Origin: Squalus acanthias
Lineage: Eukaryota
Direction: 5' to 3'
Assembly: GCA_030390025.1 (NCBI GenBank)
Contig: CM059432.1
Coordinates: 84,508,001 to 84,572,000, forward strand
DNA: 64,000 bases
The position numbers and the translations under genes were made by a program. A model generated the notes under the pieces. That model was not told the DNA's origin and did not search any database. It worked only from the letters and a program-made list of their open reading frames with translations. Position 1 is the stretch's first letter. Each line of letters begins with the position of its first letter. Shown in pieces: positions 21,599 to 34,959 of this stretch.

Positions 21599-23738
21599 CA
21601 GTAATCCCTCCCCAACCGTGGGTGATACGTCCCTAAAAACCCCCGTGGTTGGTAAAACCGCGGTTGGCAAATATAAGACCCTATGGGAAAAGTGGGGTTA
21701 GGGGGAACGCGGCCGCATTTACACTCGTCAGAGCCTATGTAAGTTGCTTGTTCTTTTAATAAACACAAATAAAATACACAATAATCTAACAAAAACAATA
21801 AATGTTCAAATAACACAATAAAAAAGATCAACTGGGCGGTTTCTTAAAGAATTCTGCGATGGATGGTTGACTCATTTTTTTCTGAATATCTTTCTGGACC
21901 TGCTTGTATGGTCTCATTAAATCCTCCAAACCTTGCTTGAATTTTAAACTACGCTCCAAGAATGGGTCAATCTCCATAAAGAGGTCAGAGAGATTAGTAG
22001 CAAGGAGCATTGCCTTGCTAAGGTTGGCACTTGTCATCTTCGACTTCTCCACCATATCCTCGTCTTCGTCGTCGTCCTCTGCCTCACTAGAATGCTGTAT
22101 CAGCTCATCAAGGTCCTCCTCTGTCAACTCCTCGCCGTGCAACTCAAGGAGCTCCTTGATGTCATCAGGCTGTATGTCGGCTAGCCCCTCGCATCCAAAA
22201 CATCACGCAACCTTCACAATGTGATCAACTTCATCGTCATTCACTGCCTCCTTCCAAAGTTTACCCCAGCAGGCGTTGATTGTCGTCGTCTTCAGTTCAT
22301 CCATCGATTCTTTTATGTTGGTGATGCAGTCAGCGATGGTGTAATCCTTCCAACAAGTTTTCACCGTCAGTGTTGCGTCATCCTCCATAGCCTCCATCAT
22401 ACTGCGTCGTATGTAGTATGCCTTGAAGGTGGCTATCGCACCTTGGTTCATGGGTTGAAGGAGTGAAGTCGTGTTGGGAGGCAGGAAGACGACTTCAATA
22501 TTAGGGTGGGCGAATTGGATTGCCGGCGGGTGGCCGGGGGCATTGTCGAGGATGAGTAGGACCTTGAAGGCCAGATTTTCTCTCGCAAGGTACCGCTCCA
22601 CGTCATGCACAAAACAGTTATGAAACCAATCCATGAAGACTGCAGCAGTAACCCACGCCTTGCGGTTAGAACGCCAAAAGACAGGTAGATAGTTTTTGTT
22701 TTTGCCCTTCAGAGCGCGGGGATTAAGAGAGCAGTAGAGCAGCATCGGCTTCACTAAACAGTCTTCCTCGGCGTTGCACAAAGGAGAAGGGTCACCCTAT
22801 CCTTAGCCACCTTGAATACCGAAGCATGCTTCTCAGCCTTCGTGATGAAAGTTCGGGAAGGCATCCGCTTCCAGAAGAGACCAGTCTCATCCGCATTAAA
22901 TACCTGCTCCGGCAGGTAACCCTTCTCGGCGATCAACTTCTTCAGCTCCTCCGGGAACTTGGCAGCGGCCTCGTGATCGGCTGAGGCCGATTCCCCCACA
23001 ACCTTGAGGTTAGTCAAGGCGAACCACTTCTTAAAATTTTCCAACCAGCCCTTACTCGCTTGAAACTTTGTAATCTACACTTTCCCCGGCAGCCACAGTA
23101 AGATGCTTGTAGATACTAAGGGCCTTCTTACGTACCCATGCGGAATTAACATTCGCTTGTTTCTGGTTCTGGTCTTCCAACCAGATATTAAGTGCCTTCT
23201 TCATTTTTTCAAGCTTATGGTCCCGTGGCATAAACGACACTTTAGCACTTTTTGAAGAGCCACCCGCAATACTAGCCCTTATCGACACCTCACTTTTTTT
23301 TATGGTTCTAATGGTGGACTCGTTAACCCCCATTAGTCGTCCAACCGACGCTGTACTTTCACCACGGGCAAGTCTATTAACGACATCTAATTTCCTATCT
23401 AAGGTTAGTACATTCCTTGCCCTTTTCGCTATTGATTCACCTTTACCACTGAGATTATGCTTAGGGGCCATGATTAAGGGCTAAACGTTCACACACACAC
23501 AGTACAGGTACAGTATATCCACGAGTGGAGCGAGACCACGCTTGGTAGTAATTATGCTGAAAAGAGCGGCGCGGATGAATGCAGTTCATGTTTGGAAGCG
23601 CGACCCATGAAACTTGAAAATTAAAAACCGCGTATATGCAAAACTCACTGCCGCAGTTGCCAAAAATTGTCGCAGAGAGGAAACCGTGTTTACGTGAAAT
23701 CCGCGTATGGCAAAACCGCGGTTTGGGCGGGATTCCTG
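21599..23738 (-). mobile_element. Full-length Tigger/pogo (Tc1/mariner superfamily) DNA transposon, 2140 bp
   Basis: TIRs cagtaatccctccccaaccg / cggtttgggcgggattcctg, with TA TSD at 21597-21598 and 23739-23740. Confidence 0.93.
21828..23471 (-). pseudogene. TIGD1-like pogo transposase, frameshifted
   Basis: Four consecutive ORFs covering a CENP-B-type HTH (VNESTIRTI), VFNADETGLFWKRMP, LLILDNAPGHP, LPPNTTSLLQPMNQG and a C-terminal QPSIAEFF. Confidence 0.92.
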
Positions 23739-26043
23739 TACTTCTAAGTCAGGATGGTGTGTGACTTGGAGGGGAACTTGGAGGTGGTGGTCTTCCCATG
23801 CGCCTGCTGCCCTTGTCCTTCTAGGTGGAAGAGGCCGCGGGTTTGGGAGGTGCTGATGAAGAAGCCGTGGCAAGTTGCTGCAGGGCATCTTGTAGATGGT
23901 ACACACTGCAGCCACAGTGCGCCGGTGGTGGAGGGAGTGAATGTTTAAGGTGGTAGATGGGGTGCTAATCAAGCGGGCTGCTTTGTCCTGGATCGTGTCG
24001 AGATTCTTGAGTGTTGTTGGAGCTGCACTCATCCAGGCAAGTGGAGAGTATTCCATCACACTCATTACTTGTGCCTTGTAGATGGTGGAAACGCTTTGGG
24101 GAGTCAGGGGGTGAGACACTCGCCGCAGAATACCTAGCCTTTGACCTGCTCTTGTTGCCACAGTATTTATGTGACTGGCCCAGTTAAGTTTCTGGTCAAT
24201 GGTGACCCCCAGGATGTTGATGGTGGGGGATTCGGCGAAGGTAATGCCGTTGAATGTCAAGGGGAGGTGGTTAGACTCTCGTTGTTGGAGATAGTCATTG
24301 CCTGGCACTTGTGTGGCGCGAATGTTACCTGCCACTTATCAGCCCAAGCCTGAACATCGTCCAGGTTTTGTTGCATGCGGGCATGAACTGCTTCATTATC
24401 TGAGGAATTGTGAATGACGCTGAACACTGTTCAGTCATCAGCGAACGTCCCCATTTCTGACCTTATGTTGGAGGGAAGGTCATTGATGAAGCAGCTGAAG
24501 ATGGTTGGAACTAGGACACTGCCCTGAGGAACTCCTGCAGTGATGTCCTGGGGCTGTGATGATTGACTTTCAATCACCACAACCATCTTCCTTTGTGCTA
24601 GGTATGACTCCAGCCAGTGGAGCATTTTCCCCCCGATTCCCATTGACTTCAGTTTTACTAGGGCTCCTTGATGCCACACTCAGTCAAATGCTGCCTTGAT
24701 GTCAAGGACAGTCACTGTCACCTCACCTCTGGAATTCAGCTCCTTTGTCCATGTTTGGACCAAGGCTGTAATGAGGTTGGGAGCCGAGTGGTCTCGGTGG
24801 AACCCGAACTGGCATCAGTTAGCAGGATTTTGGTAAGTAAGTGCCGCTTGATAGCACTGTCGATGACACCTTCCATCACTTTGCTGATGATTGAGAGTAG
24901 ACTGATGGGGCGGTAATTGGCCGAGTTGGATTTGTCCTGCTTTTTGTGGACAGGACATACCTGGGCAGTTTTCCACATTGTCGGATAGATGCAAGTGCTG
25001 TAGCTGTACTGGAACAGCTTGGCTAGAGGCGGGCTAGTTCTGGAGCATAAGTCTTCAGCACAATAGCCAGGATGTTGTCAGGGCCCATAGCCTTTGCTGT
25101 ATCCAGTGCGCTCAGCCGTTTCTTGATATCACGTGGAGTGAATCGAAATGGCTGAAGACTGGCTTCTGTGATGGTGGGGACCTCAGGAGTAGGCCAATAT
25201 GAATCATCTACTCGGCACTTCTGGCTGAAGATGGTTGCAAACGCTTCAGCCTTGTCTTTTGCACTTACGTGCTGGGCTCCACCATCATTTAGGATGGGGA
25301 TATTCATGGAGCCTCCTCCTCCCGTTAGTTGTTTAATGGTCCACCACCATTCACGACTGGATGTGGCAGGACTGCAGAGCTTTGATCTGATCCATTGATT
25401 GTGGGATCGCTTAGCCCTGTCTATAGCATGCTGCTTCTGCTTTTTAGCATGCATGTAGTCCTGTGTTGCAGCTTCCCCAGGTTGGCACCTCATTTTTAGG
25501 TACGCCTGGTGCTGCTCCTGGCATGCTCTTCTATACTCCTTATTGAACAGCAGGGGGCCCAGAGGCTGCCCACTGACAAACAGTTAAGTTGTGGTGTGTG
25601 GGGGCGGGGCGGCGGTGGAGGATTGCATCAGGATCTTGTTCCTCCTGGCTCCGCAAAGGAAAGTTTAACACTTACCTTATGGGCATTTCTGTTTGCAGAC
25701 CAGGTTTTACTGGGGTCGATTTAACTTGGCCAAATTGGCGTTAACAAGACGCTAACAGCCTCAAAATGGGGTCAGTAGACTTACTGCCCTGTTAATGCCG
25801 ATGCCCAGGGTGCTGCTATTTTTAAACTGGCCTACTACTGGGTGGTCAAAGTGTTTGCCTGTTTCAAGCAGTAGGTCCTTTTAATATGCTGTGCATGCTT
25901 CGCCCAGTTGTACCCGCAGTACAGCTGAAGAGGACCAACATATGTAAGTTTAAAATTACTTTTGTGGAGCCAAACAGAGAAGGAGTGCTGCTCCAGGCCC
26001 CACAAAAATAATCTGAGCCATTGCTGAGCCAGGCTCCCTCTGG

Positions 26044-26728
26044 GCAGGTACAGCAAGCAATTAGGAAGGCAAATGGCATGTTGGCCTTTATTGCAAGGGG
26101 GTTGGAGTATAGGAGTAAGGAAGTCTTGCTACAATTGTACAGGGCCTTGGTGAGGCCACACCTGGAGTACTGTGCACAGTTCTGGTCTCCTTATCTGAGG
26201 AAGGATATACTTGCTTTGGAGGCGGTGCAGCAAAGGTTCACTAGATTGATTCCTGGGATGAGAGGGCTGTCCTATGATGAGAGATTGTGTAGAATGGGCC
26301 TATACTCTCTGGAGGTTAGAAGAATGAGAGGTGATCTCATTGAAACATACAAGATTCTGAAAGGGATTGACAGGGTAGATGCTGAGAGGTTGTTTCCCCT
26401 GGCTGGAGTGTCTAGAACTAGGGGGCATAGTCTCAGGATAAGGGGTAGGCCATTTAAGACTGAGATGAGGAGGAATTTCTTCACTCAGAGGGTTGTGAAT
26501 CTTTGGAATTCTCTGCCCCAGAGGGCTGTGGATGCTGAGTCTTTGAGTATATTCAAGGCTGAGATAGATAGATTTTTGGACTGTAGGGGAATGAAGGGAA
26601 ATGGGATCGGGCAGGAAAGTGGAGTTGAGGTCGATGATCAGCCATGATCTTATTGAATGGTGGAGCAGGCTCGAGGGGCCGTATGGCCTACTCCTGCTCT
26701 TACTTCTTATGTTCTTATGTTCTTATGT
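26044..26728 (+). mobile_element. CR1 3' fragment
   Basis: Open RT C-terminal frame (LVRPHLEYCAQFWSPYL) and a (cttatgtt)n tail. Confidence 0.92.
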
Positions 26729-28459
26729 TTCAGATCACAACCCCCTCCCCAGCCTTACCTTGCTGCCGGTCTGGCAGCCCCTGGACCGCCTGATATTGCT
26801 TGATTCCAGCGAGCTGCATCAGGACACCCGTTAGGAGCAGGCAACTCGCTGGTTGTATTTAAATGAGGCCTGGGCCTCAAAATGGCTCCGGCCGCTTCGC
26901 TCTGGGCATGAATGGGGTGGCTGCTGTGCTCCGCCAGTCAGCTGCCTGAAAGTTAAAATCTCCCCTGCGTGGGGTGATTAAAGTGCCATGTACGTCATAG
27001 GACCCAATTAACAGAAATATTTCAGGGTCGCGTCTGATTTCCGGTGGCTCCCTCGGCAACCCAAAAAACACTGGCGTTGAAACAGCCGCTCCATTGTAAT
27101 CCCAGATCACTCAGTTTCTACTGGGTGGGGAGGAGTTAAAAGTCCATTTTTATCTTTAAATTGGACATTACTAATTAGAAAAAAATGCCCTTTTAAAACC
27201 ATCAGTATGGCTGCTCCATAAACGGCCATAAAGGCTTGTAATTTAGAAACCTTAAAACTCATCAAACAGGTCTTCCTTTATCTGTACAATGTTCAAAGAT
27301 GTCATCAGTAGTGTTGCTATAGAGGCAACAGGTAATTGTGAGGCAAGAATGAGGTTGTGCCTTTTTAAACTGTTTGGAGAATAAGCGAAGGCCAAGAACT
27401 TACAGAGCAGCATAACAAGAGCCTCAGGTTTGTATTGCAAACTTCAGACCAGGACAAAGAGAGGAATAATTCAATCGAGTTCCAGTGTCGCGCACCTCAC
27501 TAAACATATACATGTGATGCCCTCTATTGGTCACACATAAAAAGACACATTTTAGAACTTTACAGAACTTATACAGTGGCTTTAGCAATACACCATAGCT
27601 GCAAATTACACCATTAGACTGTGTTGGGTACCATTGCACAGACTGCGGTGCCCGCACTAAAAGTTAATACACTAGGCGAAACATTTTATTTTCCGGTACT
27701 TTCATCATATGAATATGACTAGATGTACATGGCTGGCATGGAATGATTTCATGATTACACAATTCATGGACTCAATTAAAGATAACAGACTTGCGGCTTC
27801 CCTGTGTCACACAGTCAGGTTCACACATTACATAAATATTGCACTACATTGGGGGAGATACTCTATATGGTTCAAATATCTCTTTGGAATTCTACGATTG
27901 CATTAAATTTTGTAGGTTTTGTACAATGGAATGTTAGGAAGGTTTTCTTTTTCTCCTGAGACTAAGTATAAAATCAATATGTAGTCTAGAATAATCACAT
28001 TAAAGAAACTGAAAGAGAGCCAGGGTAACAAACTTTTGGATGAAAAGTCATGGACGCTAAAACATCACTCACCCCCCAACAAAGGCTGACCTCGATTCTC
28101 CTGCCATTGCAAACCCTGTTTACACAGCAGCAACTAATTCGGTTTTCTGCAAATTAGCAGCTGTTCTGAGTTACTCATGGCTGTGTAACTGCTGCGTATT
28201 TGCCTACTGCTAATCTGTTGTGGAGCAAAACCTCCCACCTCCAGGGTGCAGATTTAATTTTGCTTTGCAGCAAGGTAATTCAATTTATGGCCATATAAAG
28301 ATCTCCGGCGCCACAGAAACGAATGACATGATCCAAGATGCAATGGGTTTAGCTCCAACTGTTTCACTAAAAACTAAAAATGAGAAATATCCTGCTGATC
28401 CAATATTTTCTGTCTATTCCTACTATCCGAGAAGTCTCCCACCTACGGTAGTCAAGGAT

Positions 28460-28635
28460 CCATGTCTGCCTGTCTGATTTCAAGCCTTGGATGAGCCACA
28501 ACTTCCTCCAGCTCAACATCAGGAAGCCTGAAGCACTCGTTTTCGGCTCACACCATCAACTCCCTTCTCTGCCACTGACGTCATCACCCTCTCTGGCCAC
28601 TCTTTCAGTCTGAACCAGACCGCTCACAATCTGAA
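28460..28635 (+). mobile_element. Old L2 fragment (continues at 29273-29316 and 32423-32537)
   Basis: CLSDFKPWMSHNFLQLNI parallels CLSDVQFWMSRNFLHLNI at about 48380. The downstream piece reads ILSITNIAYIHFHNIA. Confidence 0.65.
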
Positions 28636-29272
28636 GGGCCGATTCTAATTTGGGCGGAAAATCAGGGGCCGAAGCGGGCGGCGAATCATCCGCACCCCCC
28701 TCCACCCCAGAGTGTGAGGCCCAGGACATTTTAACTCCCGATTGACTCTCGCCCAAAGCCAGCAAGAATTACATCAATGATGGCGGGTGGAAGTCAAAAT
28801 TGGTGGGGGCTCAGGATACCAACCGGAACCCACGGGTACGGTCCCAGGCAGATTAAGTAGGGGTTGGGGGAGTTGGTCGGCAAGTCTGCAATCGGGGGGT
28901 GGGTGGGGGGGTAAGCGCAGGGCAGGGGAGACCCAAAATATTCTTGTGGCGCTAGGAGGAGTATCCCTGTTCTTCCTGGCCCAAAAGGAACCTTAAAAAA
29001 CAAATTTAAAAACTTATCTGATCATGGATCCTTTAGTTGGTGGGCCGGAGACCGTAGATGGCTCTGCGAATAAAATGGAATGCATGTTCCCATTACACCA
29101 TTGGGACGTGACACTGCCATTGAAATTAGGCTCCCTCTCCTCTGGAGCGGGTGGCCTGAAGACAGATGAGTAAAAATGATGGGGGCGGGAACGCGTTAGG
29201 AATGCGGCATGAACCCTCCCCTCGTCACCATGTTGCTCCTGCATTGGGCGGATGGCAGTTTAAAATTAGCCC
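28636..29272 (+). mobile_element. Harbinger-like MITE with hairpin module
   Basis: Ends gggccgattcta / taaaattagccc and interrupts the L2 fragment. The hairpin is at 28941-28990. Confidence 0.6.
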
Positions 29273-29317
29273 TTTTGTTTCCATTTCGTCTCTGAGCTGA
29301 GCTTTAAACCCCAAACC

Positions 29318-32300
29318 CCATAAGAAAGCCCTATTCAGCCTGCGCCTCACAAACAACCTGACGACTCCCAGTGATGCAGAGAGTGGGCTGGATTTTGAAT
29401 GACCCATGGAGTCGGGTTTGGAAGCGTGTGGGGGGTTAAATTTGCGGGGTCGGGGGTCCCGACCCCATCCCGACTCCATCCCGCCTCCACGCAATTTTGA
29501 CAAAATCAGTCACGGGGTTCCCGACTCCGTCCCGCCTCCAAGAGGCGGGAGAGGTCATTAAAGCCCTTAACAGGCCCTAAATTGGCTCTGTAATGCCATT
29601 TTGAAACATTTTAGCTAGTTTAACCCTTTTCCGACGTGAAGTACGCCTGATGTGAAACACTCCAGTGAAACCTGGCGGGAGCACAAGTGGATAGCTGACT
29701 ATCAGCTGCAGGTCCACTATTACAATGGAGATGTGATGAAGGTAGTAGTAGAAGTATTGTGATTAGGTGTTAAAGTCGCCTCTGATGCTGTCTTCAGAGA
29801 CTGCATGGCCTTTGCTGTGAGAGGACTTGGATGCAAAAAAATTCTCTCTCTCTCTCTCTCTCCACATCAAAAGCCAGGCAGGTCCTCTCTCACCAACAGC
29901 CAGACAGTCTCTGAGAGCAGGCAGTCAACAATGATGACATCATCAGAGGCGACTTTCAGACTGAAACCACTAACTAGTTCATGGGTTCCCACATGCTGGA
30001 ACTCAATTGCCCAATTAAGTGAAAATTGCATCATTCATCCACATTAATCTGGAGTCGGGGGGGGGAACACAAAATGCGGATGACACAACCCCAACCCGAC
30101 CCCAAGACAAAATCCCGCCCAGAGTGCCCACAGCGCCTGGTCTGCACTCAAGGCCTCCATAATCAGCACCTGTGAAGAGACGCTCGGTCACTCGACCAGG
30201 AAACACCAAGACTGGTTCGACGAGAATGACCAGGAGATCCAGGAGCTAATAAGCCGCAAGCGCAAGGCATTCCTGATCTGGAAACAGCAACAGAACTCGA
30301 GAGCAAGAAAGCAGCTCTACAGACGCCTGAAGGCCGAGGTCCAACAAAAAACTCGCGACCTAAAGAACAGATGGTGGGTGGAGAAAGCGCAGGAGATCCA
30401 GCAGCTAGCCGACAACCACGATGTGCGTGGATTCTTTAGCGCAGTCAAGACCATCTACAGCCCAAGCACCCAAGGCCCTACCCCGCTGCGAGCCAAGAAC
30501 GGAGAGGTACTCATCAAGGACAGAGAGGCAGTCAGTGCCCGCTGGAAGGAGCACTTCGAAGATCTCCTTAACCGAGACTCTGTCTTCGACGCGAATGTCC
30601 TCAACTCCATCCCGCAGCATGCTACCCGCCACCATCTCAGCACAAACCCAGCCCGGCATGAGGTTGAAAAGGCCATCCGACAACTGAAGAACAACAAGGC
30701 TTCAGGAGCAGATGGAATCCCCGCCGAGCACTAAAGCATGGCGGAGAAGCACTATTGGCGTGAATTCATGAATTCACTACTCTTATCTGGAAGGAGGAGA
30801 GCATGCCAGGAGATCTCAGAGACGCCGTAATTGTGACCATCTTCAAGAAAGGTGACAAGTCCAATTGCGGTAATTATAGAAGAGTTTCCCTGCTGTCTGC
30901 CACAGGGAAAGTCATCGCAAGAATCCTCCTCAATCGCCTTCTCCCAGTGGCCGAAGAGTTCCTCCCAGAGTCGCAATGTGGATTCCGCCCACTAAGGGGC
31001 ACAATGGACATGATCTTCACCGCACGTCAATTACAAGAGAAATGCAGGGAACAGCACCAACCGCTGTACATGGCCTTCTTTGATCTCACAAAGGCCTTCG
31101 ACACTGTCAACCGTGAGGGATTATGGAGTGTCCTCCTCAAATTCGGCTGCCCTCAAAAGTTTGTCACCATCCTCCGCTTGCTTCACGACGACATGCAAGC
31201 CGTGATCCTGACCAACGGTTCCACCACAGACCCAATTCACCTACGAACCAGGGTCAAGCAAGGCTGTGTCATTGCACTACCGCTCTTCTCGATCTTCTTT
31301 GCTGCAATGCTCCATCTCACCCTCAGTAAGTTCCCCACTGGAATGGAGCTAATTTACAGAACAAACGGGAAACTGTTCAACCTCCGTCGCCTCCAGTCCA
31401 GATCCAAGGTCATCCCATCCTCTGTCGTCGAATTACAGTATGCAGACGATGCTTGCGTCTGCGCTCACTCGGTCGAACTCCAAACCATCGTCAACACCTT
31501 CACCGAAGCGTATGAGAGCATGGGCCTTACACTAAACATCCGTAAGGCAAAGGTCCTCTACCAACCTGCCCCCGCCACACAGTACTTCCCCCTGATTATC
31601 AAAATCCACGACAAGGCCTTGGACAACGTGGACCACTTTCCATACCTCGGGAGCCTACTGTCAACAAGGGCAGACGTCGATGACGAAGTCCAACACCGCC
31701 TTCAGTGTGCCAGTGCAGCCTTCGGTCGCCTGAGGAAGAGAGTGTTTGAAGACCAGGACCTCAAACCCGGCACTAAGCTCATGGTCTACAGAGAAGCAGT
31801 GATACCCGCCCTGCTATATGCCTCAGAGACATGGACCATGTACAGCAGGCACCTCAAAGCACTGGAGAGGTACCACCAACACTGCCTCCGCAAGATCCTG
31901 CAAATCCATTGGCAGGATAGGCGCACCAACGTCAGTGTTCTCGCTCAGGCCAACATCCCCAGCATCGAAGCTTTGACCATGCTCGATCAGCTCCGATGGA
32001 CGGGTCACATTGTCCGCATACCCGATACGAGACTCCCAAAACAAGCGCTCTACTCGGCGCTCCGGCACGGCAAGGGAGCCCCAGGTGGGCAGAGGAAACG
32101 CTTCAAGGACACCCTCAAAGCCTCCTTGAAAAAGTGTAACATCCCCACCGACACCTGGGAATCCCTGGCCCAAGACCACACAAAGTGGAGGAGAAGCATC
32201 CGGGAAGGCGCCGAACACCTCGAGTCTCTTCGCCGGGAGCAAGCGGAAGCCAAGCGCAGGCAACGCAAGGAGCGCACGTCAACCCGCCCCTTCAACCACC

Positions 32301-32422
32301 GTCTGCTCCACCTGTGACAGAGACTGTAGGTCCCGCATTGGACTCATCAGTCACCTACGAACTCATTTTTAATGTGGAAGCAAGTCATCCTCGGTTCCGA
32401 GGGACTGCCTAAGACGAAGAAG
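29318..32422 (+). mobile_element. RTE-clade LINE, 5'-truncated, with a nearly intact RT
   Basis: KHQDWFDEN, then a 504-aa ORF at 30803-32317 with NYRRVSLLS, ESQCGFRP, FFDLTKAFD, QYADD and FPYLGS. An out-of-frame C2H2 motif CSTCDRDCRSRIGLISHLRTH and a (GAA)-type tail follow. Confidence 0.95.
29385..30120 (+). mobile_element. Harbinger-type MITE family F, copy 1
   Basis: TIR gggctggattttg / caaaatcccgccc. It interrupts the RTE and is near-identical to 35999-36832. Confidence 0.88.
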
Positions 32423-33454
32423 ATATCCTGTCCATCACTAACATCGCATATATTCACTTCCACAACATTGCCTGGCTCCACACCGACGTCAACCCCTCCA
32501 CCACTGAAACCCTTATACGGGCCTTGTCACCTCCAGAATGGGGGGAATTCCCGGGGTAGCACTACATTAAACCATGCTGAAAATTGTGAGGCAACGTAAA
32601 TACCAACACGTGCACTTTTATGCCCAGACAATCATTATCCACATGGTGGTAAGTCAGAGCAAAAGTTGCTGACAGTTAGATTATTACTCATGTATTTTTT
32701 ACCTTTAAAGCACAAGTCAGAAGATTTGCTGTTTTAAGTATGGGGAGTTCCTGCTTATTGGACAGAGTAAAGGTTAAAGGCTGTCCCATGAGAATTCTTC
32801 CAGCAGACAGCTTTGTTGCCAGGTAACAGAAAGCACTGCCAGCTTAACAGAGGGATGCACTTTTGGTTGGTTGAGAATATAAATTCCACAGAATACCTAA
32901 CAATTTGAGACCTATGTCTCAGAGATCTCTAAACTCTTTCCAAATATTTAAAGGTGATGAAATTATTCATATTTTTCATGGCTTTTAAGTCATCAGGGCT
33001 CTGATTTTCAGAACTTTTTTTTAGGAGAATTTAAATTGGTTCTGACAGTTTTCTTATTGAATTTCTTTGAATTCCCCTCTGAACATAACTTACAAATAAA
33101 TATTTCCTTTATTGAATACTAAATGTGGCTTACAACAAATCATTCTGAACCAGGGAATCTTTTGCTTGATGTTGTTACCTTTTTATCTTTGGATCTTCTC
33201 TACATTGTTGAATTTTTTTTACATTTAAACACAAAAATAAAATAGCACATGCATTCCTTGGTGAAATCTGAGATACCTTATTGAGTCAGGGGTCAGTTAG
33301 ATAGGTACATGTAAATGCCGTGCAAGATGGAAAATACTGGATTGTGAACTGAATTTTGTTCAGGCCATTTAAGGAGAGCTACATCTAAGCTATTGCTTCA
33401 CGAAAATATTTGACTTTTAAACTTAGTAACAGTGGGTATATTGTATAAACGGTA

Positions 33455-33629
33455 GGGTTGAATTTCCGTGGGGTTCTCCCGATTGTCCCCTGTAACTTTG
33501 GCGGAAGATCCACAGAAAACCCGGAGAAACGCTGTAAACGGTGTTTATGCCATTCCTTTGAAGTTTCCATGGATCTTCCACCCAAGTTATGGCGGACGAA
33601 TTGGAAAACCCCTGGGGAAATTCAACGCC
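33455..33629. mobile_element. Small (175 bp) foldback MITE
   Basis: gggttgaatttcc / ggaaattcaacgcc ends, with internal arms taactttggcggaagatcca / tggatcttccacccaagtta. Confidence 0.7.
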
Positions 33630-34959
33630 TGTGCTTTTGTTAAAGCTGCTATTGTGCCTTTGAATCTAACAGATCCCTGCAGCTGAATGCTGATACTACA
33701 GATGATTCCTAGGCTAGCCTGAAAGGAAGTATGGACAAAAATTTTGAGGGAAGAGATGACCTTCACGGCCACTAGCAATGTTGTCCTATGTCCTTATAGA
33801 AGTTGGCAGAGATTTGCAACTAACTCTGTCGCCAATCTGTGGAACCAGTTTCCCAGTCTTTGGCAGGTATGTGCACCAGGTGTGATTAGTAGCATATTGG
33901 CAGCTGTGGCCATTTCAGCTCTGGGGCCTTCCTGATATGCCTTCTTTCATGTTTTAACACTTCACCTATGAAATACAGTACAAGTTATGGTGCAGCAATA
34001 ATCATGACTTGACTTGCTGACTACTACGGGACCTGAGCTCATGTGAAAGTTCATATGCTTTCTCATGTCCCCACTTTTTTCAGCTCTTCCTGTTCTGCTG
34101 AAGTTTTGGAAATGTTTCTATTACAGTTGCTTTTCTGGTAAATCCAGCAAATATTCAATTACTTTAGGTTAACTATAAACATTGTATATTCTTAGGAGAA
34201 AAAAATTCTCCCCCAAGAAATTAAATTTGCGTATCATTTTTTTTCATATAAATGTCAACAAAAGCTAAAAACGAAAGCTAGAAATAAAAAAATACTGTAA
34301 AACTAAAAATACATTAAAAAAAAACACCTTGGAAGCTTTAAAAGCTCTGTTACTCCTGGGGTTTCCCTTAAGCCCACTCCAAATGACCAAAGGGAGTGCC
34401 CAGTACAACCCTGTTCGAAGCAAATGAAAAATCACACAGGGCTGAACTTCCCTCCCTCTGCCAGAAGAAGATCAGGGCATGAATTCTGCCCACTGCCCTA
34501 ACCCCGCTGTGACCTAACCTATTTCCCTAAGTCGGGTCTGTTTATGCATGCAGCGCAGGCTCCCAACAAGAGGGGACCCACTGCTGCTGTGAAAGTAAAA
34601 TACAGGTGGTGCTGCAAAAGCTCTAGCCTGTGCTGTGCAGTGTTCTGACTTTTCAAATTAATGGTTAGAAAATCATTAGCCCGAAATTCCAATGTGCCCG
34701 AAAACCCAAAGCATCCCACCAGTAGTGTGAAATAAGAATATTACTCCTGTATTGTTTTACTTGTTACCATTTTGCTTTTTAAAAATTTGTGTACAAATAT
34801 ATATATGTAGATCTAGTGAAAGTAACTAAACTGATTTGTGTATTGGCTTGAAAGTACAAATGAAAACTTACTTTGCCTGCAATATTAAAGAAATCTGTGA
34901 AGTATAAATATATATTTATCACCTCTGTCTCCAGTGCCTTTCTCCCTGCATGTCAATGA

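Larger units (their letters stand above)
21405..25548 (-). mobile_element. Non-LTR retrotransposon of the CR1/L2 group (second family), split by the Tigger
   Basis: NYRPISLLSIISKVME, GVPQGSVL.PTIFSCFINDLP, FADD, ILGVTIDQKLNW, IYKAQVMSVMEY. The sequence is continuous across the TA site. Confidence 0.9.
21005..26965. mobile_element. Harbinger-like MITE split by PLE, LINE, Tigger and CR1 insertions
   Basis: Ends gggaaattttaac / gttaaaatctcccc. Residual pieces lie at 21005-21094, 21298-21394, 25550-26043 and 26729-26965. Confidence 0.45.
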
